Of a stretch of DNA of 64,000 bases, positions 1-13,280 are shown in pieces. Source of the stretch: Octopus bimaculoides (lineage: Eukaryota); assembly GCF_001194135.2 (NCBI RefSeq), contig NC_068994.1, positions 44,463,597 to 44,527,596 on the forward strand, written 5' to 3'. The number at the start of each line of letters is the position of its first letter. Positions within the stretch are counted from its first letter, which is position 1. The notes beneath the pieces were generated by a model that searched no databases, was not told the DNA's origin, and saw only the letters and a program-made list of their open reading frames with translations. Position numbers and translations under genes: made by a program.

Positions 1-357
1 TGGGAGTAAAATCATTTCCCCGTTCTAATGAACTTGGATAGAATTTGTTTATGATTGTATATAGTTCTATTTCAGCCATGAAACCCGCGTAGTCTATATA
101 CTAGCACTAACTTTTTACATTTATACTTCCATACTGTATATTATCATATAAATTTTTACTGTCCAATTTATAATTTTAACTTTTAAATTTTTTAAAATTA
201 ATATTTATATCATTTATTTATGTAATATATTATCTAATTTAAATTTTTAGATTAAAATCTTAGATATATTAAGATGGTATATGCCTCACAGCATGGATTT
301 GGATGGGTTCTGAGTTGACTGAGTTGTAGAGTGGTGGTTTGTCTCTAAATTAGTAAT

Positions 358-389
<32 letters not shown>

Positions 390-695
390 GTGTATGTATG
401 TATATTTGATTGTATGTTTGTATGTATGTGTTAATGTAACAGAAACAATTGTCGGCTTTATAAGGTGAGATATATAATAAAGATATAATTTTCTCTATAT
501 GTATTTTTTGTTGACAACACTCTGAATTTCTCAAAATTCTGCCAAAGAATATTTTGGATTTACCTGCCACACATGAGAATTTACCTGAGATCTGTGTTCT
601 GCTTACATTTACTGGTGTCTAATTGTTGAATATTTTTAACCTAATTCTTTTAATGCTAAACGCTTTATTGATATATGTGTGTGTGTGTGTGTGTG

Positions 696-858
696 TAAAA
701 TACGCACTAAGAAGAGAACCACTAAGTGGTCTCCTTACATGCTGAAAGGAGATGTCAAATCCCCTCCCCAAACCATGAAAAATACATTTCGGGATTTGAC
801 ATCTTATTTCTGCATGTAAGGAGACCACTTGATGGTTCTCCTGTTGGTGTGTATTTTA
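696..858. mobile_element. Fold-back MITE (68-bp arms, 27-nt loop, TA at both ends)
   Basis: 696-763 is the near reverse complement of 791-858 (core aagtggtctccttacatgc and agatgtcaaatccc). Confidence 0.75.
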
Positions 859-1223
859 TACCCACGTATATGTATATATATATATATATATNNNNNNNNN
901 NNNNNNNNNNNNNNNNNNNNNNNNNNNNNNNNNNNNNNNNNNNNNNNNNNNNNNNNNNNNNNNNNNNNNNNNNNNNNNNNNNNNNNNNNNNNNNNNNNNN
1001 NNNNNNNNNNNNNNNNNNNNNNNNNNNNNNNNNNNNNNNNNNNNNNNNNNNNNNNNNNNNNNNNNNNNNNNNNNNNNNNNNNNNNNNNNNNNNNNNNNNN
1101 NNNNNNNNNNNNNNNNNNNNATAGAAGAGGTCAGGTAACTGAGACGAAAGGGAAAATAAATTGAAAGGTATATAACAAATAAATGCTCTAATTGGTCAAA
1201 ACAACTATATATATATATATATA

Positions 1224-1377
1224 TGGCGTTAGGAAGGGCATCCAGCTGTAGAAACTCTGCCAAATTAGACTGGAGCCTGGTGTTGCCATCCGGTTTCACC
1301 AGTCCTCAGTCAAATCGTCCAACCCATGCTAGCATGGAAAGCGGACGTTAAACGATGATGATGATGATGATGATGAT
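1224..1377 (+). mobile_element. RTE-clade LINE 3' terminus with (GAT)n tail
   Basis: tggcgttaggaagggcatccagctgtagaaac...ccatgctagcatggaaagcggacgttaaac(gat)n; matches the end of the ORF-bearing RTE copy at 9911-10836. Confidence 0.8.
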
Positions 1378-1664
1378 ATATGCAATCACTTTGACATTTG
1401 ACATGTGGCACACTTGTACAGGCAATGATGATTTGATAGGAGTGATCTAATATTTAACACATACATTTGATCACTAAAAACAAATCATCTGTACAAGTTG
1501 TTCAACAAGAAATTGCAGAATCATCAAGAGACTACTGAGATGAATAAATATATATATATAAATGTATGAATTTTTCAAATAAGTTATTTTATGCCCTATT
1601 CAATATTGAGCACTCTTTCTTCCATTTGTCATTATTAACGTGTGTGTATGTGTGTGTGTATGTG

Positions 1665-1698
<34 letters not shown>

Positions 1699-1795
1699 GA
1701 AAGTATGATCTACCATTTTCTTATGTGGTGGTGAGTGTCACAGTATTTGTAATCATAAATGTTCCAAAAGAAATTTGTTCATATGTCTGCAAGCA

Positions 1796-1834
<39 letters not shown>

Positions 1835-2110
1835 CCTTTTTTTCATTGGAGTAGTGGAATAAAGAACCATCATTTGAGAAAAAGGTATTTGTTGCTAATC
1901 CATTTGATGATTTGATTACCTTTGCTGGAATAAAACTTAAAGTTATGAAATAAACACTGGGAAATATACAGGAGGATACTCAACTATTCAAGAAAACTGG
2001 AAATCTCCTGCCCAGCAAACATGTACAGGATGGATTGAGGGACTCTTAACTTTGTTTGGAAAGTCAAACTGCAAATTATTATAATATGTACATATATACA
2101 TACATACACA

Positions 2111-2172
<62 letters not shown>

Positions 2173-2591
2173 CATACATACATACATACATATGTATGTA
2201 TGTGTATATATATATATATATATATAGTTTNNNNNNNNNNNNNNNNNNNNNNNNNNNNNNNNNNNNNNNNNNNNNNNNNNNNNNNNNNNNNNNNNNNNNN
2301 NNNNNNNNNNNNNNNNNNNNNNNNNNNNNNNNNNNNNNNNNNNNNNNNNNNNNNNNNNNNNNNNNNNNNNNNNNNNNNNNNNNNNNNNNNNNNNNNNNNN
2401 NNNNNNNNNNNNNNNNNNNNNNNNNNNNNNNNNNNNNNNNNNNNNNNNNNNNNNNNNNNNNNNNNNNNNNNNNNNNNNNNNNNNNNNNNNNNNNNNNNNN
2501 NNNNNNNNNNNNNNNNNNNNNNNNNNNNNNNNNNNNNNNNNNNNNNNNNNNNNNNNNNNNNNNNNNNNNNNNNNNNNNNNNNNNNNNNNNN

Positions 2592-2658
<67 letters not shown>

Positions 2659-4889
2659 CATAAATAATAATACATATATAATTATACATACATCCATAAA
2701 TAATAATAATAATCATAAGCTTAAAACTTATAAGCAGTCACTGTGTATTTGTTAAAAAAGAACAGTCTAATATCGGGGCATATGTATTAAAAAGACCTGG
2801 TCTTCTATAAACAACCTTGCCCGGACTTGTACACTCACACACATATACATATACATACATATATACACACGGAAGCACATACATGTATATGTATATAGAG
2901 AGTTGTATGTATTTCAGTTCTGTCGTTTGTTTTAGCCACCACATTAGAAATCTCAACAATAAATTCTTTCCTAGCAACTTACATATAACCCCAAACGAAA
3001 TTGTTCTCTATTAAATCTGCACTTTATACTACTTATACTCTCTCTTACATCAGACACACACCCTTAATGCATTTTAGAGAATAATTTACTCAGAGAAATC
3101 AGTTATGTTAATGTTAACATATTTAATGCAGTGATCATTAAAAAGTAAATTAGAAATAATTATATGAGGTGATAATCGAGATAATGTCACTCATAGACTA
3201 ATATGGTGTCAGTGATTGCAGCAAGAACAGAAAGCAACACCAGGCATGTGTCATTTTTATTAAACCTCCTCAGAAATGCACACAGACTGCAGTCTATAAT
3301 ATTGTACAATGGTTGGTATACAAGTTTACATTACCTCAGAAACAAAGAGACTAAATTACTCCGGGTTATATATACATATATATATATAGTGTGTGTGTGT
3401 GTGTGTGTGTGTGTTTGTGTGAGTGTTTCTTGGTTTGACTACCATCTGTGTAGCATCTTTCGTATTTCTTCCCATGACTTTTGTCTATGTTCCTGCTGCA
3501 AGGCTTCGCTTCCACACATGCCAACTTAATTTATTTAATTCGTCCCTAATCAAAAGACACCTGTTGTTAATGTATTGTTGTTTGTATTTGTAATTGTGTA
3601 CCATTTCTCCATTTTTTTCTTTTTGTCCTTGTTTTCATATACATTCGCTTGCTTTCTTCCAAAGAATCTAGTGCTCTTAGCTTAGATTTCCTTGGGGTCG
3701 GCCAGATTAGAGCAGTCTTGAGATTAACCAACCAAAACTGCAAAGACAATCTGCTTCTCAACTGAAGATTGAAAGCTCTGAGTGACCCATCCTTGTTTTT
3801 TTCCTGTCCTTTTTTGTATCACCTACTGTCTGAATGTTTTCTTGTCGCCTGTTATGTTCTTATTCCATTTTTTGCCACTCAAATTTAAAAGCTTGTTCTA
3901 ATGTTGAAAATTGTTTAATTATGATATATTAGTTGAGGGGTTTAATTGAGGTTGTTTTGTTAATTCTAAGGATCAATGACCAACACATTTAATTTCTTTC
4001 ATTTTTAAAAAATTTTTTCTTCCATATTTATTTTGTTTCTTTTGCATTTATTAGTCAAAGTATTTCTCACATATTTTTCTTTGATGTCCATGAAAATGAA
4101 TAATAAATTCTTTTATAACATGTGTTTGGCAAGTTAAGGACAATAAACCAAAAACAAAAACGAAAAAAAAACAAAAAACAGATGAGTTTGTTAAGTTTCA
4201 ATGATGTATGAAATAATATGTATATAACAACATATCAACATGGTTTTCAATATTATAGCGTCAAGTCATTGTTTAAAATTGTGCAGTTATGTCATCTCAA
4301 AAAAAAAACAATTCAAATATACCCTCACTTCCACTCCATCTTCTATTTTTCTTTATGATTTTTTTGTTTTTATTATTTTTTTTTTGTTTTGTTTTTTGTT
4401 TTGTTTTCAGAACAAGAGATTTTTTTTTTTTTATTATTAAAGTATGAAATATGTAATGTATTTCCTTTTGAGAATTAAATTTCTTTTAGAAATTCAAAAA
4501 AAAAAAATAATAATAATAACTGTCTTACATATAGTTATGAAAAATATCAGTTTGTACATTGTTTCATGTTCTTACTTTTTCAAAAATAAGTATTTCCTAG
4601 TTAGGTGGGCAAATCTGAAAGATAAACAGAAATACAGTAATTAGGCATTTATTGGAAATTTTCAAATTGAATTTTCAACAAACTAGTAATTCTTTTATAA
4701 TTTTCTGAACTAGAAAAACTACATTAAAATTTTTTCACATTTCATACACGCACACACATACACATGTACGTGTGCGTATGCATGCATGTGTGTGAAATGT
4801 GTATTTGAGTGCAGCTGTGAACACACACACATACGAGTTCACAATTTATGTTTCATACATTTACATCTGTCTGTTCGTCTTTTTGATAG

Positions 4890-5156
4890 TTGAATAGAGT
4901 GGGACAGCTCTGCAAATGTATAAATTTACCAGATTGTGCGTCCGGCATTCGCCACGATAGATCGCTAGCCACTAAACCTTTTTCATTTTCTCTCCATGTT
5001 TATTTCTGTGTTCCTTTCTGTCGAAGAGCATAGGCTCGAAATGTAAAAGACTTTCTCACTTCCCGAGCATTAAACTAATACATCTGTTTGTTGTTTACAC
5101 AACTGTCTTCGTCTTTTGTTTTGTTTTGTTTTTTGTAAATTCTCACTATTTATATA
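4890..5156 (+). mobile_element. Penelope-type non-coding repeat with a degenerate hammerhead motif (boundaries approximate)
   Basis: CTTT-CTGTCGA-A-GAGC-ATAG-GCTC-GAAAT-GTA-AAAG at 5014-5049; CpG-rich segment in an AT-rich context. Confidence 0.5.
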
Positions 5157-5440
5157 GCTAGATTCCTATTCCCAAATCATTAAACCACTGACAACTAGTT
5201 TTAAAAAGGAAGACCACATTGGGTAATCCAATCCTAGATATTCACTGAAGTTTAAATAAAAGATGAGAGGGTCATTACTAGAATGTTTTTGATCACAGGT
5301 TTGGACAACAACAACAATAACAAAAACATACAGAAAAGAATTGGTCACTGAAGAGACTATATCACATCCATACTACAATACTCGATGTTTAAAAAATCCC
5401 ATTATACTTTTATAATTAAATATTATTAGGAATTATATTC

Positions 5441-5650
5441 TTTTACTGGTTTCACTCATTTGACTGTGGCCATGCTGAAGCACCGCCTTAAAGGGTTTTA
5501 GTCGAAGAAATCAACCCCAAGACTTATTCTTTGTAAGCCTAGTATTTATTCTATTGTTCTATTTTGTCGAACTGCTATGTAACCAGGACAAGTTGTCAAG
5601 CAATGGAGGCAGGGAAGTGGGGACAAACACAGATGCAAAGACACACACTC
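5441..5650 (-). mobile_element. tRNA-derived SINE family B, 3' half
   Basis: Aligns by eye to the tail of the full-length copies at 21364-21775 and 33336-33780. Confidence 0.8.
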
Positions 5651-5654
5651 ATAA

Positions 5655-5689
<35 letters not shown>

Positions 5690-6418
5690 NNNNNNNNNNN
5701 NNNNNNNNNNNNNNNNNNNNNNNNNNNNNNNNNNNNNNNNNNNNNNNNNNNNNNNNNNNNNNNNNNNNNNNNNNNNNNNNNNNNNNNNNNNNNNNNNNNN
5801 NNNNNNNNNNNNNNNNNNNNNNNNNNNNNNNNNNNNNNNNNNNNNNNNNNNNNNNNNNNNNNNNNNNNNNNNNNNNNNNNNNNNNNNNNNNNNNNNNNNN
5901 NNNNNNNNNNNNNNNNNNNNNNNNNNNNNNNNNNNNNNNNNNNNNNNNNNNNNNNNNNNNNNNNNNNNNNNNNNNNNNNNNNNNNNNNNNNNNNNNNNNN
6001 NNNNNNNNNNNNNNNNNNNNNNNNNNNNNNNNNNNNNNNNNNNNNNNNNNNNNNNNNNNNNNNNNNNNNNNNNNNNNNNNNNNNNNNNNNNNNNNNNNNN
6101 NNNNNNNNNNNNNNNNNNNNNNNNNNNNNNNNNNNNNNNNNNNNNNNNNNNNNNNNNNNNNNNAGTGTTTAGCTCAGCATTTGTGGAGTTTGTAGTCAGC
6201 ACTTTAATTATGTCTTTTAAACTACAAAGTGCAGCATTGTCAGAAGAAGGAGTCACTCCCAATGACTGGCATTGCAGCATCATCATAAACTGCTACAAAG
6301 ACAAAGGCAATGTTTTAAAGCAGAGGTTCTCAATCGTTTTTTTTCCTATAGACCCCTTTAATTTCTATTGTACTTGGATGAGCCCTCATAACCATATAAT
6401 GTTTAAGAAATCCTACAC

Positions 6419-6605
6419 TTTTACTTGTTTCAGTCATTTGACTGTGGCCATGCTGGTGCACTGCCTTTAGTCGAGCAAATCGACCCCAGGACTTATTCTT
6501 TGTAAGCCTAGTACTTATTCTATCAGTCTCTTTTGCCAAACTGCTAAGTTACAGGGATGTAAACACACCAGCATCGGTTGCCAAGCGATGTTGGGGGGGA
6601 CAAAC
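6419..6605 (-). mobile_element. SINE family B, 3' half
   Basis: ttacttgtttcagtcatttgactgtggccatgctgg...gacttattctttgtaagcctagtac, same family. Confidence 0.85.
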
Positions 6606-6734
6606 TTTTAGACACCCTTTTATGCTGGGATGGCTCCTTAAAAACAGTTGATAGATTTTGTTATTTGGGAGATATAAATTAGCAAGTGGGGGGGGGCAGT
6701 TACTTTGAAAATATTGTAATCAGGGGAAGGATGA

Positions 6735-8075
6735 GTTGAAGAAGATTCAGGGAGCTACTGGCACTGTTAGCAGCAAAGGCTTATTTCTCACAGGGTAAAG
6801 AGCAAATTGTATGATATTGGTGTTAGAACTGCAATGCTTCATAGTAGCAAGACATATGCCTTGAATCCAGAGGGTTCAAGAAGACTGGAAAGAAATGAAG
6901 AAAGCATGCTCCTTTGGATGTGCAATGTGAGTGTGCATGAAAGACATACTGTACATGTGCTGAGAGAAGAAAAAAAACTAGGCATAGGAGATGTTAGATA
7001 TAGTGTGCAAAAAAGAAAACTGCTCAGGTATGGGCATATGATGTGTATAGATGAGGATGGCCATATAAAAATGTGTCATTTGCTTAATGTGCTTGGAGCT
7101 TGCAGGAGAGGGAGATCCAGGAAGGCATGGGATGAAATAGTGAAGGCAGACTCCAGGACACTCTGTCTCACACAGAAGATGACAACGAATCAAAATTTCT
7201 GGTGATATGAGGTTTTTGAGAAGGCCTACTCACCTCAGTGAAAATTGGTTCTGGAAGCATTATGTTTATTCTACTCTCCACTGACACATTAGGTTAATGC
7301 ACCACCAACACCACAACCACCATCACTGAAGCAAACTACCTCCCACTATACACTACTCTACCTCCCCCTGCTCCTGCAGCCTACCTCAACCTTGTCATCT
7401 CTCTCTCTCTCTCTCTTTTGTCCAACCCTTGTCAACTATATCATCATTTACTACCCTGCTGTTTTCCCCTTCCTCCACACTCTTCTGCCTCCCTCATTCT
7501 TACCCAACTCTTGACTCATTGATATCACCCCAAAAACCCTACCCAATTTTTACAGTAATAGGCTGCTTCTCCATCCTCTCTTCTCCTGCTCCTCATACAA
7601 TCTTGCAACCTCATTCACTTTACTGCTGTTCCCCTCATGCATTGAAGGGCCACCTGGACATTTCATCTCCACTATCTCTTCATAGCTCCTACTGCTCCAA
7701 CAGATCATTCTGTCTCTTTTTCCCTCCCTTATTAAATAAGAGGAGCCATGCAGCTCTTCTATAAGAACCTTCTCTATCACTCCCCCACATTTCTCAGACA
7801 CTTTAACCTTTCACCACTTGCATAAAGCCTACCCCAACGTCCCTTGAAGTTCGTAGTCTTGCAAGCTGCATGGTAACTTCATTTAGTGCTAGTGACGTGT
7901 AAAAAAGTACCCAATACACACTGTAAAGTGGTTGGTGTTAGGACGGGCATCTGCTGTAGAAACCATACCAAGGCAGATACCAGATTACAACACAGTTGTG
8001 GATGCATCACATCCTGTCAAACCATCCAATCCTTGCCAATGTGGAATATGAAAGTTAAATTATGATGATGATGAC
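6735..8075 (+). mobile_element. 5'-truncated, degenerate RTE-clade LINE (ORF2 C-terminus, 3'UTR, GAT tail)
   Basis: ORF 6807-7205 has VRTAMLHSSKTYAL, LERNEESMLLWMCNV, RYGHMM and RGRSRKAWDE; ends in ...gttaaattatgatgatgatgac. Confidence 0.85.
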
Positions 8076-8090
8076 AATGAATATGGTGAT

Positions 8091-8244
8091 GGCCTTCTTT
8101 CAGTTTCTGTCAACTAAATCCACTCATAAGGATTTGATTGGCCCAGAGCTATAATAGGAGGTATTTGCCCAAGGTACCACACAGTAGGACTGAACCTAGA
8201 ACCATGTAGTTGGGAAGCAAACTTCTTAACTGCACAGCCATGCC
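8091..8244 (-). mobile_element. SINE family B, 5' half
   Basis: Reverse complement of the ggctgtg..gtaag...ttgggcaa...gaaactgaaagaag head. Confidence 0.75.
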
Positions 8245-8527
8245 ATATATATAATAGAATCAAAGCAATTTAGACACTGCCCCACCTGGTATTTCTTCAT
8301 AATGTCTGTTGATTGTGTTCCCTCTAAATCGATGGTCTCTTTTCAATGTTGATGGTGTGGTTATATTTTGACTCTCTTCAACTCCCTTTTCTTCTCGTAT
8401 GACTTCAACTTGTGGAATGAAGGCCTATAAAATATCAACCATCAATTATTAGTATTTGTATTTCAATCCTGATATAAACTGAAATTAACTCTTGAAATTT
8501 TAAAAACCAATAACACAATATTTTCCA

Positions 8528-8559
<32 letters not shown>

Positions 8560-8960
8560 CTTAAAAGAATGTCCCAGAAAATCAACCTGCATCTTATTAA
8601 CACAAAGTCAGGGTTTAGGTTACTATGAAATAAACTGACATTCCATCGTTTATGATGACGAGTGTTCGATGGAACAGCATGCTTCTGAAATTAACATGCA
8701 AGTGGCTGAGCTCTCCACAGACATGTGTATCCTTAATGGCACTAGTGTAACTAGAATGTGTGCTGCCCAGGGCAGCCCTTCCGTTTTTCACCCCCAGACC
8801 CCACAAGAACTTCATTGCCAAAACAAATGAGTATATAAACATTTTTGAACTGGTTTGAAACATTACTTTTTTATTATTGGATTTATCTGATTTAATTGGT
8901 GTACAAATATAATAATCATCATTATTATTATTATTATTATTATTATACCTGTGCTTATAA

Positions 8961-9130
8961 GATGGTGAGGTGGCAGAATAGTTAGCACAATGGACAAAAT
9001 GTTTAGTAGCATTTCGTCCATCTTTACATTCTGAGTTCAAAATTCCACCAAAGTTGACTCTGCCCTTCATGACTTTCAGCATTGATGAAATAAATACCAG
9101 CTGAGTACTGGGTCAATATAACTGACTTAT
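8961..9130 (+). mobile_element. tRNA-derived SINE family A (CORE-like)
   Basis: gtggcagaatagttagcac...ctgagttcaaaattcc...ttcat...aataccag; other copies at 12048, 13514 and 55585. Confidence 0.75.
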
Positions 9131-9725
9131 CTACTGCTTTGAAATTACTGGCATTGTGCTAAAATTTGAAACCATTATTATACCTGTGTTTGTTTTCGTA
9201 TTAAGATTGACAAACAATCAACTCTGTAAAAAATTTGGGATCTGGGTTTGCACCTCTGAAGCAAATTTTGTTTCTGTACTTACATGTGTAATATATTTAG
9301 CCTACTAATATGGTAAGGATTTTTCTGCTAGTTTTTCTAATTATTTTCTTCTTTATTTATTTAAATTTATACTGCGTCTTCTTACAGCTGATGTATTTGA
9401 GCTCTACCACTAAACACTATATCATCTATTAAATAAAAACCACTGATGTTATGTCATTTATTTGGATGAAGGCTGTGATATCATGTCATATATTTAGTAA
9501 AGCAATGATATCATGGTATCTAGTGAACAAAGCCAGTGAGATCATATCATTTCATCTTCTAAGTAAAGCCAGCATTATTGGTGTCATGTTAGTCATCTCA
9601 TCTACTGATAGAGTTAATGATATCATGGCATCTCATATATTGAACAAAGCCAGTGACATGAGCAGATTCACTGAGTACAGGACGGATAAATATATATATT
9701 TATATTATATTATATTATAGCATAT

Positions 9726-9766
<41 letters not shown>

Positions 9767-9812
9767 TATATTATATAATATACAAATACATATGTATATA
9801 ATATACATACAC

Positions 9813-9876
<64 letters not shown>

Positions 9877-9910
9877 GTATGTATATAAATATATTATAAA
9901 GATATATATA

Positions 9911-10836
9911 TGCATGTGTGCGAACGGCCATGCTACACAGCAGTGAAACATGGGCCATGAATACTGAGGATATGCTTGAAAGAAATGAAGCTAGTATGAT
10001 TTGCTGGATGTGAAATGTCAACGTGCATACATGACAGAGTGTAAACACCCTGAGAGAAAAGTTGGGCATAAGAAGCATCAAATGTGGTGGCTGCACTGGT
10101 ATGGCCATGTGTTACTTATGAATGAAGACAGCTGTGTGAGGAAGTGCCACTCCCTAACTGGAGAAGGAACCTGTGGAAGAGGTAGACCCAGGAAGACATG
10201 GGATGAGGTGGTGAAACATGACCTTCGAACATTGGGCATCACAGAGACAACGATAGGTGACCAGGACCTTTGGAGATACGCTGTGATTGAGAAGACCTGG
10301 CAACTAAAGTGAGATCGCAGCCACACACATCCAGCCCCGTTAACAATACTCCTGATGCATCAGGCGATATGATATGCTTGAGAAGAGCTGTTGAGTCAAG
10401 TAAAACCAATATCGTAGCTGGAGCCAGTGCTCCCTCACTGGCTCCTGTGCTGATGGCATGTAAAAAGCACCATCCGAACATTGTCAGTGCCAGGCCTGCC
10501 TGACTAGCTCCTGTGCCATTGGCACGTAAAAAGCACCAACCGATCGTGACCGATGCCAATACTCCCAAACTGACTCCTGTGCCAGTGGCATGTAAAAAGC
10601 ACCATCCAAGCATGATCATTGCCAGGCCCACCTTACTGGCTCCTGTGCCAGTGGCACATGAAAAGCACCCACTACACTCTCTGAGTGGTTGGCGTTAGGA
10701 AGGGCATCCAGCTGTAGAAACTCTGTCAGATCAGATTGGAGCCTGATGCAGCCACTGGCTGTCCAGACCTCAGTCAAACCGTCCAACCCATGCCAGCATG
10801 GAAAACGGACGTTAATCGATGATGATGATGATGATG
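9911..10836 (+). mobile_element. 5'-truncated RTE-clade LINE with a 66-bp tandem array in the 3'UTR and a (GAT)n tail
   Basis: Translations RTAMLHSSETWA and WYGHVLLMNEDSCVRKCHSL..GRGRPRKTWDEVVKHDL are typical of the RTE ORF2 end. Confidence 0.9.
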
Positions 10837-10849
10837 GTATATGTGTGTA

Positions 10850-10913
<64 letters not shown>

Positions 10914-11196
10914 TACACACACATATATATGCTGCATGGTTCATAGAGGAAGAGAGTAAAGGAATAAGGAGATGAAGAGAGAGAAGAAAAAAAAATGCAT
11001 AAAAGTTCATAGTTCAACTTTCCGATGTTGTAGAAACAAGAGCATAAGTCCTTAGGTGCAATCCTGCATAGATTCATGTGGGTTAAAATCTTGATATAGT
11101 AAACATCCAGAGAAGAAAAGACGCCAACATATCAACATTCAATAACAGAATCCATCACAACACTTACATAGCATACCCGTGATCTAAACCCCCCAT

Positions 11197-11238
<42 letters not shown>

Positions 11239-11271
11239 TGTATGTATATACGTATGTATGTATATATATAT

Positions 11272-11546
11272 AATAAATAAATGCGCCCTTTTAAAGCCTA
11301 GCCAGGCTCATGGGCCCGGTTTCCCGGTTTCCCGGTTTCCCGGTTTCAATGGCATATGTGTTCCTCCAGCTGGACGGGACGTCAGTCCATCACAGCGTTA
11401 CTCATTTTTGCCAGCTGAGTGGACTGGAACAACGTGAAATGAAGTGTTTTGCTCAAGAACACAACACATCGCCCAGTTCAGGAATCGAAACCACAATCTT
11501 ACAATCATGATGCTGACACCCTAACCACTAGACTACGCACCTCCAC
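11272..11546 (-). mobile_element. tRNA-derived SINE family D, near full length
   Basis: Minus strand head gtggaggtgcgtagtctagtggttaggg, B-box ggtttcgattcc, body ttgagcaaaacac...ccagtccactcagctggc, tail with (CCCGGTTT)x4 at 11315-11346. Confidence 0.8.
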
Positions 11547-12047
11547 ACGCACGCACGCACACACGCACATATGGTTCATACACAGAATAAGGCTGATATG
11601 TGAATAATACAATGGTACATACATTGGTGACACATGGTATATAAGTACATGATTGATACTTGGTACATAGTTTACATACAGCTTATGGCTAACACATATA
11701 TAAGACTTATATATGGTATACTGATTGATAAATGGTAACCGGGTAATATATAGAATCAGTTTGACAATACAATAATATGGTTGACTCTAGAACACAACTG
11801 TTGTAAAATATGTGACACATAATGCATGTAGAAACTAGAGTGCACTTGGTGAAATGCTGAACACATGTTTGATATAAAGAAAATATGTTTGATATATAGA
11901 TCAACATGTTTGGTATTGAGGTCATGTATTGATACATAGAACACTTGTCTGATATACAGAACATATGGCTGAATATAGAACAATTGTTTGGTATATAGAA
12001 CACTTGCCTGGTGTATAAAGTACATGTTTAATAGATAGATCACATAC

Positions 12048-12448
12048 AGCAGTGAGCTGGCAGAATCATTAGCACGCTGGACAAAATGCTTAGCAACATT
12101 ATGTCAGTCTTTACATTCCAAGTTCAAATTCCACCATGGTCAACTTTGCCTTTCATCCTTTCAGGGTTGATAAATTAAGTACCAGTTGCATACTGGGGTT
12201 GATCTAATCGAGCGGCCCCTCCTCAAAAATTTCAGTCTTGAGTAAAAAAGAATCGTTAGCACGCTGGGCAAAAGGCTTAGCGATCATATATCTGTCTTTA
12301 CATTCTGAGTTCAAATTCCACCATGGTCGACTTTGCCTTTCATCCTTTTGGGGGTTAATAAAATAAGTACCAGTTGATCACTGGGGTCGATGTTATGGAC
12401 TAGGCCACACTCCCAAAATTGCTGGCCAAGAACCAAAATTTGAAACCA
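12048..12448 (+). mobile_element. Tandem dimer of SINE family A (CORE-like)
   Basis: Two successive copies (about 12048-12240 and 12250-12448) of ttagcacgctgg...gttcaaattccaccatggtc..ctttgcctttcatcc...taagtaccagttg. Confidence 0.85.
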
Positions 12449-12596
12449 ATATATAGCACAGATGTTTTGTATACAGAATACATGTTTGATACAGAGAAAA
12501 CTTCGTTTGATATACAGAACACATCTCTAATAAAAAGAACATTTGTATGATGTATAAAACATGTGTTCAATATACAGAACATGTCTGATATATAAC

Positions 12597-12894
12597 TGGC
12601 ACTCCGCTGGTTACAACAACAAGGGTTCCAGCTGATCCAATCAACCGAACAGTCAGTTCATGAAATTAATGTGCAAGCGGCTGAGCACTCTACAGATACG
12701 CACACCCTTACCATAATTCTCAGGGAAATTCAGCATAACACAGAATGTGACAAGGCTGATTCTTTGAAATACAGGATCTTATCATTTTTGAATGGACCGG
12801 AGTAACATGAAATAAAGTGTCTTGCTCAAGGACACAACACACCACTTGGAATTGAACTGATGACTTCACGATCATGAAGTGACTACCCTAACCC
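12597..12894 (-). mobile_element. SINE family E (D-type head/body with C-type tail)
   Basis: Tail matches 36050-36230; body ccttgagcaagacactttatttcatgtt matches 21205-21260. Confidence 0.75.
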
Positions 12895-13026
12895 ACTATA
12901 GAACTCATGTCTTATATACAGAACATTTGTCTAACATACAGTTCTATATTTAAGAGATGAGGAATTATGTACATTATTTACATTATTTACATATGACGGA
13001 TATTTGTCCTCATCTAGTTTGTTGTT

Positions 13027-13072
13027 AACACAACATTTCGGCTGATATACCCACCAGCCTTCATCAGGTGTC
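13027..13072 (-). ncRNA. Minimal hammerhead motif, antisense copy in the left arm
   Basis: GACAC-CTGATGA-A-GGCTG-gtgggtatat-CAGCC-GAAAT-GTT-GTGTT (C15.2 to U). Confidence 0.6.
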
Positions 13073-13236
13073 TTGGGGGAATTTCGAACCTGGCATAGAG
13101 GTTAAGAGTGCGGGCTACTAACCCCGAGATTCCAAGTTCGATTCCAGGCAGTGACCTGAATAATAATAATAATAACAACAACAACAACATCGAAAAATAC
13201 CTTAGGAATGAGAACCCAGGTTCGAAATTTCCCCAA

Positions 13237-13280
13237 GACACCTGATGAAGGCTGGAAGGTATCAGCCGAAACGTTGTGTT
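13237..13280 (+). ncRNA. Minimal type I hammerhead ribozyme motif (Penelope-type)
   Basis: GACAC-CTGATGA-A-GGCTG-gaaggtat-CAGCC-GAAAC-GTT-GTGTT: intact core, 5-bp helix II, 5-bp helix I, loop-less palindromic helix III (ACGT). Confidence 0.7.

Noticed and set aside
10441-10670. Regular 66-bp repeats as a CRISPR-like array
   Set aside because: Eukaryotic LINE 3'UTR; the spacers are homologous to each other and no cas genes are present.
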